A stretch of DNA of 64,000 bases from Williopsis jadinii (Eukaryota): the NCBI GenBank assembly GCA_024346625.1, contig AP024667.1:1364001-1428000 (forward strand), read 5' to 3'. Below are positions 34,587-47,195 of this stretch, piece by piece. Under the pieces are notes generated by a model, which was not told the origin of the DNA, ran no database searches, and saw nothing but the letters and a program-made list of their open reading frames with translations. Every line of letters starts with the position of its first letter. Position 1 is the first letter of the stretch. Position numbers and translations under genes: made by a program.

Positions 34587-35519
34587 CTAACGTTCCTGGA
34601 AACGTCTTCCAGTTGCAGTCTTTCTCTCAACGGCCTCATCGTTCTCAGGTTTGGCTCTGTTCAACACCTTCAAGTACTGGTTCACTCTGAATCTCATTCT
34701 CGAATGCATGTAGGCCTTTGAGCATTTGATATGGTAATGGAAGTAGCTTCTGAACAGCTGGATATGGGAGATGGTGTTGTCTCTCTTCTGTGGAACCAAA
34801 TGTCTTGGGAAAAGAACAAAAGTGATGTACCCCTTCTTCTCATCAGGGCTGTACTTGATCATGTCTCGAACTTCCAAAGGAGGCTCCTTATGAGAGTACA
34901 ACACCTGTGGTGCATTTTGGACGGCTCTTCTTCTCGCGTCAACAAACTCCTGTAGGAACACTTTGCCAAAGATCTTGTCAGTTTCATCCTTGAAGACGGT
35001 TGAGAAGATCACAGTGACTCTATCAAAGGAAGGCTGTATATAGATAGCCTCCTCGTCTCTGTAATTGATCTCGTAAACAGAGGAGCGTGTCTCCGGTTCA
35101 ACGCCAGTCTCCTGGTGCTTAGCACTGAGTCTCTCGTACTCTTCAAAGGCGGCGTCGAAAGGCGCTGCCAACATGTTTCTCTTCAACAGTGAGATCGATT
35201 CAATAACCTCATTTTGAGCCTCCAACCCAGAGATTGACCCGAGATCCAAGTATAGGGAGAAGTCATAGCCCGGCTCAATTGTAGGGGACTCGTACGCAGC
35301 ATACACCGACTTCAGCTTCTCCAACGCGCCGTATTTGGCGCAGTCCTTGAAGGCCTTACTCTGTATCGAGATGAGCAGCTTGGTCTTTTCTTCAGGCGTG
35401 GAAATGTGATAAGTTGTATAGTCAAAGTCGGACACGATTCTGTCCACCGCAGTTGGGGACTCGAATAGCTCCTCCAAAGTCTTCTTGATGAGCAAATTGT
35501 CCGATGGGATCTGTAACAT
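34587..35519 (-). CDS. ARC35: Arp2/3 complex subunit ARPC2
   Basis: DRIVSDFDYTTYHIS, DRVTVIFSTVFKDETDKIFGKVFLQEFVDARRR, HYHIKCSKAYMHSRMR. Confidence 0.96.
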   Translation of the reverse strand: MLQIPSDNLLIKKTLEELFESPTAVDRIVSDFDYTTYHISTPEEKTKLLISIQSKAFKDCAKYGALEKLKSVYAAYESPTIEPGYDFSLYLDLGSISGLEAQNEVIESISLLKRNMLAAPFDAAFEEYERLSAKHQETGVEPETRSSVYEINYRDEEAIYIQPSFDRVTVIFSTVFKDETDKIFGKVFLQEFVDARRRAVQNAPQVLYSHKEPPLEVRDMIKYSPDEKKGYITFVLFPRHLVPQKRDNTISHIQLFRSYFHYHIKCSKAYMHSRMRFRVNQYLKVLNRAKPENDEAVERKTATGRRFQER

Positions 35520-35873
35520 TCTCCGTCTCTCTTCAATGGGAATTGAATAACTGTGATTCCTCTCACTTGTAGGGGGGTGTTTCGTGGATGTGTGTAGTTT
35601 TAGGACAGGGAACAACCCGAGAGAACCCGTTAGGGGGAACAAAGAGGTGAAGGGGGAAAGCAAATACGAGGGCAGTCACGTGCGGTATTTGTCCCCGGGT
35701 CTCACGTAACGTCGACTTTGGAAAAAAACTGGACACAGACAAATTGAACATTAAGTGATAAACAAACAAGGGGACAAAGAAGACATTAAAACAACTCGGT
35801 GGACATTTCTTGAAGTGGGGACAAATCGAAACAGACAAATCCGCCACCTACAACAAGTTCTCCTGGAAACAAA

Positions 35874-38120
35874 ATGTCCCGTAATAAAGAGGTGCTCAAC
35901 TTTGAGGACACCTATGCCGGTATCTCTGATGAAGAAGAGGATGCCTTCAACGATGAGACTTTTGGCACAGGGGTTGCCGTTGGGTCTGACTTCAACTTTG
36001 GTGGAGACTCTTCATCCTCGACGAAAAGCAGTGGGCTGAACTATGCCCAAGTTGCTGGTTCTCACAAGGCCAATGTTGCCTATAATGACGATCAATTGAA
36101 GCCAATTGAGGGTCTTTGGGGCCAAGGTAGTAAAGATGCTATCTCTGCCGACGAATTGGAGGCTAAGCTTCAGAGCTCTGTTGCACAGGCTCAGCAGCAG
36201 GCTCAGCAGCAGACTCAACAACAGGCTCAACAGCAAGCTGAGCAGCAACAGGCTCAGCAATTTCCAGGTGGCTATCCTCCACTAAACATGGGTTATAACT
36301 TTCTCCCACCTGGATTCATCCCTCCGCAAGGCTATGGCCAATTTGCGGTTCCTCCACCTCAGCAGTTCCAACAGTTTCAACAGTTCCCTCCAATGGATCA
36401 ACTGATGATTCAGCAGGGCCAATTCCCTCCTCAAGGTGTCAATGTCAATGCAGGGCAAGGTATTCCACAGGCTGGTCCTCAGGGACAGTTCCAACCACCT
36501 CCAGGGTTCCAACAGTTGGCTCCACAGCCTGTTCAAGGTCAGGGACAAGCCCAAGGACAAGCTCCTCAACAGTTGCAGGAACCAGCTCCTCAGGAAACCC
36601 AACCTCAACTTTCTGGTTCCCAACAAGGTGGTACTAAGGTTGATCTCTCTGACTTCCCAGTTCTCGGCTCCAATGAGAAACGTGTTCAAAGTCAAGGACA
36701 TCAGCACCAGCATCAACAGCAACAGAACCAAGGTCAAAACCATAGATCTTACCGTCAACGTCACCATCACCATGATAACTTTGACGAATTGCCGGAGGAG
36801 GAGAAACAACGTATCATTAAACGTCAACAAAAGGTCCACCGTATCACACAGTTCTGTGGTATTATGACTCCTCGTGATAAAGATTTCGTCAGTCGTGTTC
36901 AACTGTCCCAAATTGTGACGGATGATCCTTACATTGACGATTTCTACTTCCAAGTCCATCGTCTTTTGAAAACTGGAAACGCTGAAGTTGATAACAACAG
37001 CGTTGCACAGTCATACCTGGATCTCTCTGGTCACAGGCTAGGAGGACGTGATCAAAGAGCTGAAGTTGCACTCCAAAGAATGCAACAGCAGGTTCAAAAG
37101 GCTGTGAGCTATGTTAAGGAACGTGCAAAAAATCACCCTTCTAACGGTGGTAGAGGTAATGCATTGGGAAAGACTAGCACTTTGGGTAAGACTCCAAGAA
37201 AGCAGCTAGAAATCACACTCAAATCAGACGTTCCTGTTTCAACAAAGAGTGGAAGAAAATCAATCCTACTCCAGATTGAAAACATCTACCAGAAGGTCTT
37301 GGAGTTGGAGAGTGCACAGAGAGAGAATAAGCCACTGGATGTTGAAGGACTTTGGGAATCTTTGAAACTGTTTGAAGAGTCTGATAACATGAATTTCTTC
37401 ATCCAGATCCTCTCCTTTGAAAAGGGCCTGAAGATCTTCCCAAGAATCTATGGGTTCTTGGATAGACAACAGAAGTTGACAATTATCACATTAATATTTG
37501 CAAATTTGTCCTTGATCAAAGTCGTTGCTGAATCCTCCTTCAAGAACCATAAGGATGATCAGATCCCTGCTAAGGTTCAAAGAACCATTGAACTCTTCCA
37601 ACACGTTGTCCTTAAGACCATTATGGTGTTTTTATCTTATGACACTGCCATTACTGAGATCATTGGTCTCTTAACCATTTTAATCGAACATAACAATGTT
37701 GCCTTCTTGGCCACGTCCAAACTAGGTACTTCATTGATTACGATTCTACTTTCAAGAGGTGAAATTATTAAGCAAGAGCAGAACGTTTCCTCTGAAGATT
37801 TGAAAGATTGGTCCAACGTTTATGATAAGTTGTTCTCATCCTTAGAGACCAAGCTTTCCCTGTTGTTCCCTTCAAAGAGCTCAAACTACGACGACTCTTA
37901 CATTTGGCAATTCTTTGCCTCGTTGGCATTGAGTGGTAAATTGAACCATCAGAGAATCATCGTCGATGAGATTAGAGATGAAATCTTTGGTTCTCTCGCA
38001 AAGGCCAAGGAGAGCGACAACGCAACAAAGATGATGATCATCTCCAACTTGAACTTGTTCTTGAACGTGATTGGATTAACTGCCAAAGGTGAAGAAATTG
38101 TCGAATTGAAAGAAGCTTGA
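35874..38120 (+). CDS. PAT1: mRNA decapping activator Pat1
   Basis: NDETFG, FNF motif, Q/P-rich region, GIMTPRDKDFVSRVQLSQIVTDDPY, YIWQFFASLAL, NLNLFLNVIGL. Confidence 0.95.
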   Translation: MSRNKEVLNFEDTYAGISDEEEDAFNDETFGTGVAVGSDFNFGGDSSSSTKSSGLNYAQVAGSHKANVAYNDDQLKPIEGLWGQGSKDAISADELEAKLQSSVAQAQQQAQQQTQQQAQQQAEQQQAQQFPGGYPPLNMGYNFLPPGFIPPQGYGQFAVPPPQQFQQFQQFPPMDQLMIQQGQFPPQGVNVNAGQGIPQAGPQGQFQPPPGFQQLAPQPVQGQGQAQGQAPQQLQEPAPQETQPQLSGSQQGGTKVDLSDFPVLGSNEKRVQSQGHQHQHQQQQNQGQNHRSYRQRHHHHDNFDELPEEEKQRIIKRQQKVHRITQFCGIMTPRDKDFVSRVQLSQIVTDDPYIDDFYFQVHRLLKTGNAEVDNNSVAQSYLDLSGHRLGGRDQRAEVALQRMQQQVQKAVSYVKERAKNHPSNGGRGNALGKTSTLGKTPRKQLEITLKSDVPVSTKSGRKSILLQIENIYQKVLELESAQRENKPLDVEGLWESLKLFEESDNMNFFIQILSFEKGLKIFPRIYGFLDRQQKLTIITLIFANLSLIKVVAESSFKNHKDDQIPAKVQRTIELFQHVVLKTIMVFLSYDTAITEIIGLLTILIEHNNVAFLATSKLGTSLITILLSRGEIIKQEQNVSSEDLKDWSNVYDKLFSSLETKLSLLFPSKSSNYDDSYIWQFFASLALSGKLNHQRIIVDEIRDEIFGSLAKAKESDNATKMMIISNLNLFLNVIGLTAKGEEIVELKEA

Positions 38121-38516
38121 AGGTGTTATAGTTTACAGTTGTTAGTTTTGTTAATCCAATCTCTTTTTCTCTCATTATCAGTGGCAGCTCCAGTAATCGG
38201 CATGTGGGTCCACTGAGCTGCCTCATACTTCTTCCTATGGCCTATTGTGCCATAGTTAAAGCTGCCTCCTCGCTATTTCTTGAAACAGTGTAAGTGTACG
38301 AGTCTACGGTACTTCCTATATGGGCATATGGTGGTGTTTGGATGTTTTATGACACATCATAATTATACAAGCTACTTGAAGCAAGAGTTTAGCTACTTGC
38401 TGCTGAAGCCGGATCCTAATGACTATCTACGAATGTATACCACATAGAATAATATCATATATCACTTAAAAATAATGTTATATAATTCAAACTGTTGAAC
38501 CGAAGTATGTATTACC

Positions 38517-39542
38517 TCAGATACCAGTCAAGCACAATCTACGGCAACCACCACAAGATCTACACTCCTCTTGGTGAGCAGCCATCAATGCTTGAGCCTT
38601 CAGTGGGTCCTCAACCTCCTTTGGTTCTTCCCAAGAAAGGTACTCGTTGGAATAGTTTGGCTGGTAATCCTTTGGAAGGATCTCCAATCTCTTACCATAA
38701 GCCGTGACCTTTCTCCAATCCCTGTGGACGTTGTAAAGGGACTCGGAGAAGTAAGCAAAGCATCTCTCAAACTTCTTGGTGTTGATAGCGGTCTTCATTT
38801 GAGGTTTGAAGTCACAGTACTCATTCCAAGCATCCTTAGGGTTCTCCAAGAAGTAGTCAGTGGCCTTCTTGATGGCGTTGAGGAACTTTCTAACCTTTTC
38901 TGGGTTAGCAGCCAAGAACTCGTCATTGGCAATGTACAGAATTGTACAGAAACAACAACAACCCAACTCGGCCAACTTGTCGATTCTCAACATTTGAGCA
39001 TCTTCTTTTGGTCTACCTTGTGCCTTGAGGTATTCTTCCAACTCAACTTGTTGAATACATTCGATACCGACACCAGCATCAATTTTGCCCTCAATGATGT
39101 ATTTGGCAACGTTCATACCACATCTAACTGCGGTGTAATCATCTGGAGTCATACCATAGTGCTTAGTCAATTCATCGATCTGGATCTTACCAAATTCACC
39201 AACATAACCAATCTTTTTACCCTTTAAGGATTTAAAGTCGGGAGTGATACCTGAACCTTTGAGGTAGAGAACACCAGTGAACGGCTCATCCAAGAGAGAA
39301 CCAACAGACGTAACCGGATAACCTCTGGCCTTTGCAGCCAATGTATGGATCATAGCCTTAAGACCCATATCAATTTTGCCAGTTCCAATAAGTTCAGTAA
39401 CTTCGGAGGGGTTGGATGGCTCCAAAATGGCAACCCTAATGCCCTGTTCCTTGAAGTAACCTCTTGTTTGAGCAAGGTAGATTGGGATGTGGTAAGCTGT
39501 TGGCTCCCAGTTAAGAAGGAAAGTGATTAAATCTGAGGACAT
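38517..39542 (-). CDS. THI5: HMP-P synthase, Thi5/Nmt1 family (thiamine biosynthesis)
   Basis: [38 protein letters not shown]. Confidence 0.96.
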   Translation of the reverse strand: MSSDLITFLLNWEPTAYHIPIYLAQTRGYFKEQGIRVAILEPSNPSEVTELIGTGKIDMGLKAMIHTLAAKARGYPVTSVGSLLDEPFTGVLYLKGSGITPDFKSLKGKKIGYVGEFGKIQIDELTKHYGMTPDDYTAVRCGMNVAKYIIEGKIDAGVGIECIQQVELEEYLKAQGRPKEDAQMLRIDKLAELGCCCFCTILYIANDEFLAANPEKVRKFLNAIKKATDYFLENPKDAWNEYCDFKPQMKTAINTKKFERCFAYFSESLYNVHRDWRKVTAYGKRLEILPKDYQPNYSNEYLSWEEPKEVEDPLKAQALMAAHQEECRSCGGCRRLCLTGI

Positions 39543-40184
39543 TGTTGAGGTCTTTGTATTGATTGAATATAGTGAAAGATGGAACACATTGAGCGAGTAA
39601 AGTAGGCTTCTAATGGTGGGTTTATATACACTTTATAATCTCATCAGCTGAGCATAGGGGTAAGTAGCACTTCAACTTCTAAGTGCATGCTTCACTACAC
39701 AACTTACCCCTTAAAGGCACCCATCCCCAAAGCTATCTTAACATTCAAGTATTACAACACCGCATAAAAAGAGAATCCTTATAAGAGTTTGAAGTAGACA
39801 GGTTGAGTAAACCATTTCTTTATGCGCATTGGATTTTTATATGCAGATATATTGCATGTTCGGTTCAAGCTTTACTATCAATACCACATCAATTCACAAC
39901 AGATCAGGGGTATTGTTGCATGTATAATGAGGTATTTGTAAATATGCAACTATACGATATAGTAACTAAGTACGTGTCAAAAGTCTGAGAAACAAGTGTT
40001 GAATGAGACGTGCTTATGCATCTAAGTGCATTGTTGAGGATTAACGTGCAACCAGGCGATTCAATTTCCAACAATATTCAGGCTTAGAAGAACGTTTCCA
40101 TTCATGAAATCCCACTTTTGGATATTTCGGAGTTCTCTCTATTGCATAGTACCAATAAGGTGCCAATTTAATGTTTTACTCATC

Positions 40185-41970
40185 AGGTTGAACCATAGTG
40201 CCTCGGTAAAGCGAACGCGATTGGGACCTTCGCTAACGCATTGGTAAAATTTCGAATCACCGCTACCTTCGCAATCAACTTGCGCTGCACGGCCCGTCGG
40301 GTATAGACTTTAATGCCTTGTCCCTCCTTTAATAAGATGATGATTTTGAAACTAACGGAATCAACGCCTAAGCAGGTTCCTGAAACTGCAGCGTACGAAT
40401 TCGTATATGTAGCCGCATGCGCTTGTATGATGTGGGTATGTTAGAATGATAGTAATCTGTGTAGTGTTGGTATGGAAAAGATTTGTCTCGTCCTCTATTA
40501 ATGGCTGGTCGATTTTTCAAACACTTTATTGCTGATGGAACCTGGATTTATGTGCCAATGCTGTAATATCCGGGTTGTCTTGAGTTGTTACTGTAGCCTT
40601 GAGCTACTGGTCAACAACTTCTGTTGCTATTCCACCATCTTCGGGGTCGAAGCCTATAACGCAATGAATGTGTGGCAATCCTCTCTTTTGGAACTCTGTA
40701 ATGTAAACAATCTTGACAACTTTCCTCTTGAACACTATTGGGAAGTATTCTATAAGATCTCAGACTTATTGGTATAAAAAGTTGGCACTAAGTCGTGATT
40801 CTTTTTGTTGGAGAACTCTTGTGGAATCAAATTGTACAACAATGGTATCTTTGGATTTGCGGTAAATGTTAGGAACATTGAAGGTGCATCATCTTGAGTG
40901 AATATGGTCATCAGATCTTGGAATTTGGCTTTGAAGTATCGAGCAGTTCCGAAATGGTTTGGCGGTGTAATTGTTGGGTATGAGCTCTCTTCAACTTCCT
41001 GTTGTGCTCCTCCATGGCGTACATCGACCATTCTACTTTTGTGTTGTTGAAGACGATAATAATCCATACTTTGTTGATCAATCATTATAGCAGTTGTCAG
41101 GTAGAATTCTACAGAGATTATCCAGCATATTCACTGGGTTCTATTCATTGTGTCTTCCTCGAATATGGGAGCTACACCATTGAGGTTGTGAAATTGCTCC
41201 CTTTGAGAAACTTCCATCCTCTCTAGACAATTTAAGCCGGGTCACCAACCATCTTCATCGTATAAGAACAAATGAGGGACTCTCATGGGAAGAAAACATT
41301 TGCACATAGTAGTGATAAAATTGAAGCGACCCGTGGATCTCTCCTCTACACTGAAATAGAAGTATGCTCTGCTGTTATACTTCTGCGCACCAAGGCAAAC
41401 TCTTTAACCTCTGGTAATAAAGAAGTACGATGTTCTGGATTTGTTGGTGTTGTTGGTTCAATATATTGGTACATTCAACAACAATCTCCTCTCTTGTTAA
41501 TCCCATCTCTGTAATCTCCTGTTGAACAATTTCTCTAGCGGTATATAACAGCTGTGCATAAAGATTGTGTTGAGAGAGAAATTCACCAATCTTCCTAGTG
41601 TAGCCCTCAAGTTTGTTAGATTCTTCGTTGTCTTGAAGAATACCTCTAAGCAATTCAAGAGAGCGATTTGTAGCTAAGCCTGGATCTAGCATATAAGCCT
41701 CTGCAAATTTCTCTTGACCATTTTCTTGAGCTATCATACCATCAACTCTATAGAATAAACGCCCATTGATAGTTGTTGAATAAGTTATACCCTTTGAATC
41801 ACGAGTACTCATTGTTCGAGAATATTTGGACGTGATTGGATCCAATGAGATATCCTTCATGTGCTGTGGAGGCTGCTTGTATATCTTTTAGTTCGAGTAT
41901 TAGCTACAGCTTGGTACACTTTGGGGAAATTTGAAGACCGGCTTGCTATTCTTATTCGTATCATTCTAGT
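40185..41970 (-). mobile_element. Degenerate Helitron, copy 1 (Rep region retained, helicase lost)
   Basis: Ordered RepHel motifs across frameshifts: INGRLFYRVDG..KFAEAYMLD, NLYAQ, PMRVPHLFLYDEDGW, PPNHFGTARYFKAKFQDLM..PSMFLTFTANP (Rep motif I), EFQKRGLPHIH (HUH motif II, 40664-40696). 3' hairpin at 40211-40233 followed by CTAT. Confidence 0.9.
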
Positions 41971-43781
41971 AATATAAAAAGGGTTTGGCCGTGGGTAATC
42001 AATCCATTTATATAAGCATACACTGTTGATAGTTTCATATAAGACGGCATTTCTCTCCATTGAGCCTTGATCTTAAGTTGTAGAAGAAGTCGAGTACTGC
42101 AATGCAAAGGCTCAGGGTTCAAAGTTGAAGTTCCCTCCTCGCATTCTTCCTGTCCTTCAATATATCGGCAAAGCCTCTGAGTTAACATAAGCTCCTACCC
42201 CTTACACTATCGATCTGTGAACTGAGCAACACTACTAGCATATATCAACAAATATCATAGTTGTGCTTCCTCCATTGTACAACATACGTACAATACATTC
42301 ACCATCTTGAATCTTCCTCATGGGTTATGAGCCCCGAGACGGAAATATATCACATCCAGACACACATTCATCCTTACACCACGTACACTTCGCCATACTG
42401 TCCATTACAATGCAATACACACCAACTTTTGAAACTCGCAAAGGCTTTTACATATATGAAAGAGTATAATCTTTTTAATAAATGTGAAGTTTGCATATAA
42501 GAAATAGTCAACTTGTTTAATTGAGGAGATTTCCAGTGGATTTATTTCAGAAAAGGTGAGTCCACTTTATATAAGAACTTTTAATATGAGAGTACAAATA
42601 TACAAACCGATCACTCATCATCATATACATTGTTACTAAAGGCAAAAAAAGCGAAATCAAGCTCTAAAATTGACTAAATCAATCAGTTGATTGATATATA
42701 TTGGATGACCAAAGTATACCACCAATTCTGGATAATCATGATAACTGTAGCAACCAACCACCACAGATACCGGTGTCTGGATGTTTTTAGGAAGCACAAT
42801 TGCGAGTTTGATTACATAATACAGATGTGTCCCGGTGTCTTGAAACACCCTTCCCAGCTGCCCAGGGCGAGTGGGTGGAACATGCGAGAGGTGCACCATT
42901 CTCCCAAACCCAATCAAAGATCTACTTTTAGTCACCAACTCTACGACACCAACAATACGAAAAACAGGCACGATCGATAAGCATTGCATGATAATCGGCA
43001 AAAGTTCCCCATGCAACGTGCAACCTGACCAACAACACAACCACCCCCTATCGCAGGCCACGGCCTTCATCTCTTTCAGAACCCTAAAACACAAGACAAA
43101 AATGCGATCACCCTCCCTTTCCACTCCTTTGAGTGAATGACTCGCAAGAGTCCTTAGCCGTGACGGCCAGTTACTTTCTCACAGAGTGCCTCCTCGTTCA
43201 TAAGGAGAGTGGGACCAATTCAACGGTGCCATATCGGAACAGTACAAAACTCTATTCACGGACCAACCACAACGGTAACCAGGGTTCAGCAGACGCGGGC
43301 TGCGCACAACATCCAGACACCAGCACCACACGCTGTGTGCGCTGTGTGCGCTCAATTACCGATTAGGAAATATTCCGCACCAACTATGAATCACGTTGAC
43401 TGGTTCTTCCCCACATCCAGAAGGTTCGAGCAGGGCATTCACCGAGCACGGGAAAGGGCGTCTCCAAAATGGGATGACGACTCTCCTGTGTTTCTTCCAT
43501 TGAGACGAGCTAGTGAAGTCGTATCACTTTGGCGTGGTACGTGTATGGTTACCAAGTTAGGACGAGGTGAACGTGCGAGGGAGTGAGCGAGGGAGTGGCC
43601 TCTTATGGTCACGACCATAAATTTAAGTTGGAAAGGGTATATAAAGGGTTAAATGCCCGCTCCCAATTATGAGCCAATTCTCCTCTGTTGATATAGCCTC
43701 CACTTCACTTCACTTCACTGCTGGGTCTTTGAAGAGGGAAAAATATATCTGGCATCGAAAAACTTTTCCATCCTTTCGCCA

Positions 43782-45281
43782 ATGTTCAAGAGAAACTTCC
43801 ACACATCCTTGAAGACCATGTCCGCCATTGTCACCGAGAACACCAGACCTGAGCCAGATAAGGTGCTCAAGGACATTGCCACATACATCCACAACTACAA
43901 CATTGACTCCAAGTTGGCCGTGGACACCGCCAGACTCTGCTTCTTGGACACGCTCGGTTGTGGGTTGGCTGCATTGAAGTACGAGGAGCCAAAGAGAATC
44001 ATCGGTCCTGTTGTTCCAGGCACAGTGGTTCCAAACGGTACTAAGGTTATTGGTACATCTCACCAATTGGACCCGGTCCGTGGTGCTTGGGCCATTGGTA
44101 CCATCATCAGATGGTTGGATTACAACGATTGTTGGTTGGCTGCTGAATGGGGTCATCCATCCGACAACATGGGTGGTATCCTTGCCGTTGCCGACCACTT
44201 GACCAGAGTTGCCAAGGCTACAGGCCAAGGCAAGGTGTTCAAAGTTAAGGACGTTCTGGAAGGTATGATCAAGGCCCATGAAATCCAAGGTTGTATTGCC
44301 CTTGAGAACTCTTTCAACAAGGTTGGTTTGGACCACGTTCTCCTCGTCAAGGTTGCTACCACTGCGGTTGTCTCCAAGATGCTCGGTTTGAACTATGACC
44401 AAACCATCGATGCCCTCTCCCAAGCCTTTGTCGATGGTCAAGCCTTGAGAACTTACAGACACGCTCCAAACACCATGTCAAGAAAGTCTTGGGCTGCTGG
44501 TGATGCCGTCTCAAGAGCCGTCAACTTGGCTTACCACGTTAAGAACGGTGAGTCCGGTATGCCATCTGTCTTGACTGCTAAGACCTGGGGTTTCTACGAT
44601 GTTTTGTTCAAGGGCAGACAATTCGAGTTCCAAAGACCATATGGTTCTTATGTCATGGAGAACGTTTTGTTCAAGATCTCCTTCCCAGCCGAGTTCCACG
44701 CTCAAACTGCTGTTGAAGCTGCATTGACATGCCAGCAAAAGTTGGAATCCTTGGGCAAGTCTTACAAGGACATCAAGTCCATCCGTATCAGAACCCAAGA
44801 AGCTGCTATGAGAATCATTGACAAGAACGGTCCACTTTACAACTACGCTGACAGAGACCACTGTATCCAATACATGGTTGCTATCCCATTGATCTATGGC
44901 CGTTTGACCGCAGATGACTACAGTGATGCCATTGCTTCTAACCCAGACATTGATGCTTTGAGAGAAAAGATGTACTGTGTTGAAGATGAGCAATTCACCG
45001 TTGACTACCACGCACCAGACAAGAGATACATTGGTAACGCTTTGCAAATCGAGTTGAACGATGGTACCGTTTTGGACGAAGTTGTTGTTGAGTTCCCAAT
45101 CGGTCACAGAAAGAGAAGAGAGGAAGGTAAGCCAGTGTTGTTGGCCAAGTTTGAAAGACACGTTAAGGAGCACTTCCAAGACAAGGCTCAGGCTGAGAAG
45201 ATCTTGGAGGCCAGTGCCTCTGCTGACTTGGACAACATGGATGTTGACGAGTACGTTGACTTGTACGCCGTTAAGAACTAA
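43782..45281 (+). CDS. PDH1: Mitochondrial 2-methylcitrate dehydratase (PrpD)
   Basis: RWLDYNDCWLAAEWGHPSDN, YRHAPNTMSRKSWAAGDA, KISFPAEFHAQTA. TATATAAA at ~43638. Confidence 0.96.
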   Translation: MFKRNFHTSLKTMSAIVTENTRPEPDKVLKDIATYIHNYNIDSKLAVDTARLCFLDTLGCGLAALKYEEPKRIIGPVVPGTVVPNGTKVIGTSHQLDPVRGAWAIGTIIRWLDYNDCWLAAEWGHPSDNMGGILAVADHLTRVAKATGQGKVFKVKDVLEGMIKAHEIQGCIALENSFNKVGLDHVLLVKVATTAVVSKMLGLNYDQTIDALSQAFVDGQALRTYRHAPNTMSRKSWAAGDAVSRAVNLAYHVKNGESGMPSVLTAKTWGFYDVLFKGRQFEFQRPYGSYVMENVLFKISFPAEFHAQTAVEAALTCQQKLESLGKSYKDIKSIRIRTQEAAMRIIDKNGPLYNYADRDHCIQYMVAIPLIYGRLTADDYSDAIASNPDIDALREKMYCVEDEQFTVDYHAPDKRYIGNALQIELNDGTVLDEVVVEFPIGHRKRREEGKPVLLAKFERHVKEHFQDKAQAEKILEASASADLDNMDVDEYVDLYAVKN

Positions 45282-45619
45282 GTCCTCTGAAGCTTGTATT
45301 TATTGATGCACTAAAATGAAACAATTGATATTCAGTCTTTATGTTTAATTGTAGGTGTGGGAGCTGTTGTAGCTATGTGATTGTAGTTGAATGCACGGAA
45401 TTATGCTAGGTGGTATGGCACATTCAAAGCCAAACAACAACATCAAACTTGTCAAATCTCGTCAGAGAACGTAATTCCAATGGGTCTCACAATGGCTTAC
45501 ACAAGGGGTCTCACAATGGGCTGTAATTGATACACACATTCTATCTACTACTAAACGTTCATCGGTTCTTATCAGTACGCTCACCTACTGAACTCCAAAA
45601 TAAGAAAATTTCATAACAA

Positions 45620-45700
45620 GGCAACTTGGCCGAGTGGTTAAGGCGAAAGATTAGAAATCTTTTGGGTTTACCCGCGCAGGTTCGAATCCTGCAGTTGTCG
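45620..45700 (+). tRNA. tRNA-Ser(AGA), intronless
   Basis: GGCAACTTGGCCGAGTGGTTAAGGCGAAAGATTAGAAATCTTTTGGG...GGTTCGAATCCTGCAGTTGTCG followed by a T-run. Confidence 0.97.
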
Positions 45701-45782
45701 TCATTTTATTTTTTGGCCTTAGTTCCTAGAAAACATCCAGACACCACAAGCATCCAATTCGATACCTCGAAAACTCCACCAA

Positions 45783-45792
45783 AGTGGCGAAA
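45783..45792 (+). promoter_or_regulatory. Possible Rpn4 PACE-like element upstream of RPT5
   Basis: AGTGGCGAAA, a variant of GGTGGCAAA, ~90 nt before a proteasome gene. Confidence 0.4.
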
Positions 45793-45880
45793 CGGATAAA
45801 CAAACCAATCAACAACTCATTTGACACGGGCGGCTCACCTTGACGAGAACAGTGCACTTGAAATAACAGTAAAACACACA

Positions 45881-47161
45881 ATGTCAACACTCGAAGAAGT
45901 TGCAGACCAAGAAGTGGACTCATTGGACGAGGAGATCCTCAGTTTAACCACTGATGACATCTCAACACGTACAAGGCTATTGGAGAACGATATCAAGGTG
46001 ATGAAGTCTGAAGTACAGAGACTGTCTCACGATAAGCAGGTGATGCTGGAGAAGATCAAGGACAACAAGGAGAAGATTGACAACAATAAGCAGTTGCCGT
46101 ACCTTGTTGGAAACGTTGTTGAGCTGTTGGATGTTGAAGCTGGCGAAGAGGCGAAGGAGCAAGGTGCCAACATTGATTTGAACGCCACGAGGGTTGGTAA
46201 ATCTGCTGTGATCAAGACATCAACGAGACAGACCGTCTTCCTGCCGCTCATAGGTCTTGTTGACCCTGAAACGCTCAAACCAAACGATTTGGTTGGTGTC
46301 AATAAGGACTCATACCTCGTTTTGGACACGCTACCTGCCGAGTACGATTCGAGGGTTAAGACGATGGAAGTTGATGAGAAACCACAAGAAACGTACTCAG
46401 ATATTGGTGGATTGGATAAACAGATTGAAGAATTGGTGGAAGCGATTGTCTTGCCGATGAAACAAGCTGAAAAGTTCAAAAAATTGGGTATAAAGGCACC
46501 AAAGGGTGCGTTGATGTATGGACCTCCAGGTACAGGAAAGACGTTGTTGGCCCGTGCGTGTGCTGCCCAGTCAGACGCAACTTTCTTGAAGTTGGCTGCT
46601 CCACAGTTGGTGCAAATGTTCATCGGTGACGGTGCCAAGTTGATCCGTGATGCGTTTGCTTTGGCAAAAGAAAAGGCACCAACCATCATCTTCATTGATG
46701 AGTTAGATGCCATTGGTACAAAAAGATTCGACTCTGAAAAGTCTGGTGATAGAGAGGTCCAGAGAACAATGTTGGAGTTGCTCAATCAATTGGACGGTTT
46801 TGGTTCCGACGACCGTGTTAAAGTGTTGGCAGCGACAAATAGAGTTGACGTCTTGGACCCAGCCTTGTTAAGATCCGGTAGATTGGATAGAAAAATTGAA
46901 TTCCCGCTACCTTCAGAGGAGGCGAGAGCTTCTATCCTGCAGATTCATTCTAGAAAGATGACCGTTGACGGTTCAATCAACTGGCAAGAGTTGGCCAGAT
47001 CGACAGATGAGTTCAACGGTGCCCAATTGAAAGCCGTTGTAGTGGAGGCCGGTATGATTGCTTTGAGAAATGGTCAGTCGAGCGTTAAGCATCAAGATTT
47101 CGTCGAAGCTATCGGTGAAGTCCAGGCAAGAAAGACCAAATCTGTGTCGTTCTACGCATAA
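45881..47161 (+). CDS. RPT5: 26S proteasome AAA-ATPase Rpt5
   Basis: [56 protein letters not shown]-terminal FYA. Confidence 0.97.
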   Translation: MSTLEEVADQEVDSLDEEILSLTTDDISTRTRLLENDIKVMKSEVQRLSHDKQVMLEKIKDNKEKIDNNKQLPYLVGNVVELLDVEAGEEAKEQGANIDLNATRVGKSAVIKTSTRQTVFLPLIGLVDPETLKPNDLVGVNKDSYLVLDTLPAEYDSRVKTMEVDEKPQETYSDIGGLDKQIEELVEAIVLPMKQAEKFKKLGIKAPKGALMYGPPGTGKTLLARACAAQSDATFLKLAAPQLVQMFIGDGAKLIRDAFALAKEKAPTIIFIDELDAIGTKRFDSEKSGDREVQRTMLELLNQLDGFGSDDRVKVLAATNRVDVLDPALLRSGRLDRKIEFPLPSEEARASILQIHSRKMTVDGSINWQELARSTDEFNGAQLKAVVVEAGMIALRNGQSSVKHQDFVEAIGEVQARKTKSVSFYA

Positions 47162-47195
47162 AACAATAATGATTACAGTTTCCATTCATTCATTT

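Noticed and set aside
39543..39800. TPP riboswitch or 5' intron upstream of THI5/NMT1, as in filamentous fungi
   Set aside because: A TATA box lies ~80 nt before the ATG, and no splice signals or TPP aptamer consensus are visible.
42657..43124. 155-aa ORF next to Helitron copy 1 as a captured gene
   Set aside because: GTG start, no recognisable domain, and it lies outside the region shared by the two copies.
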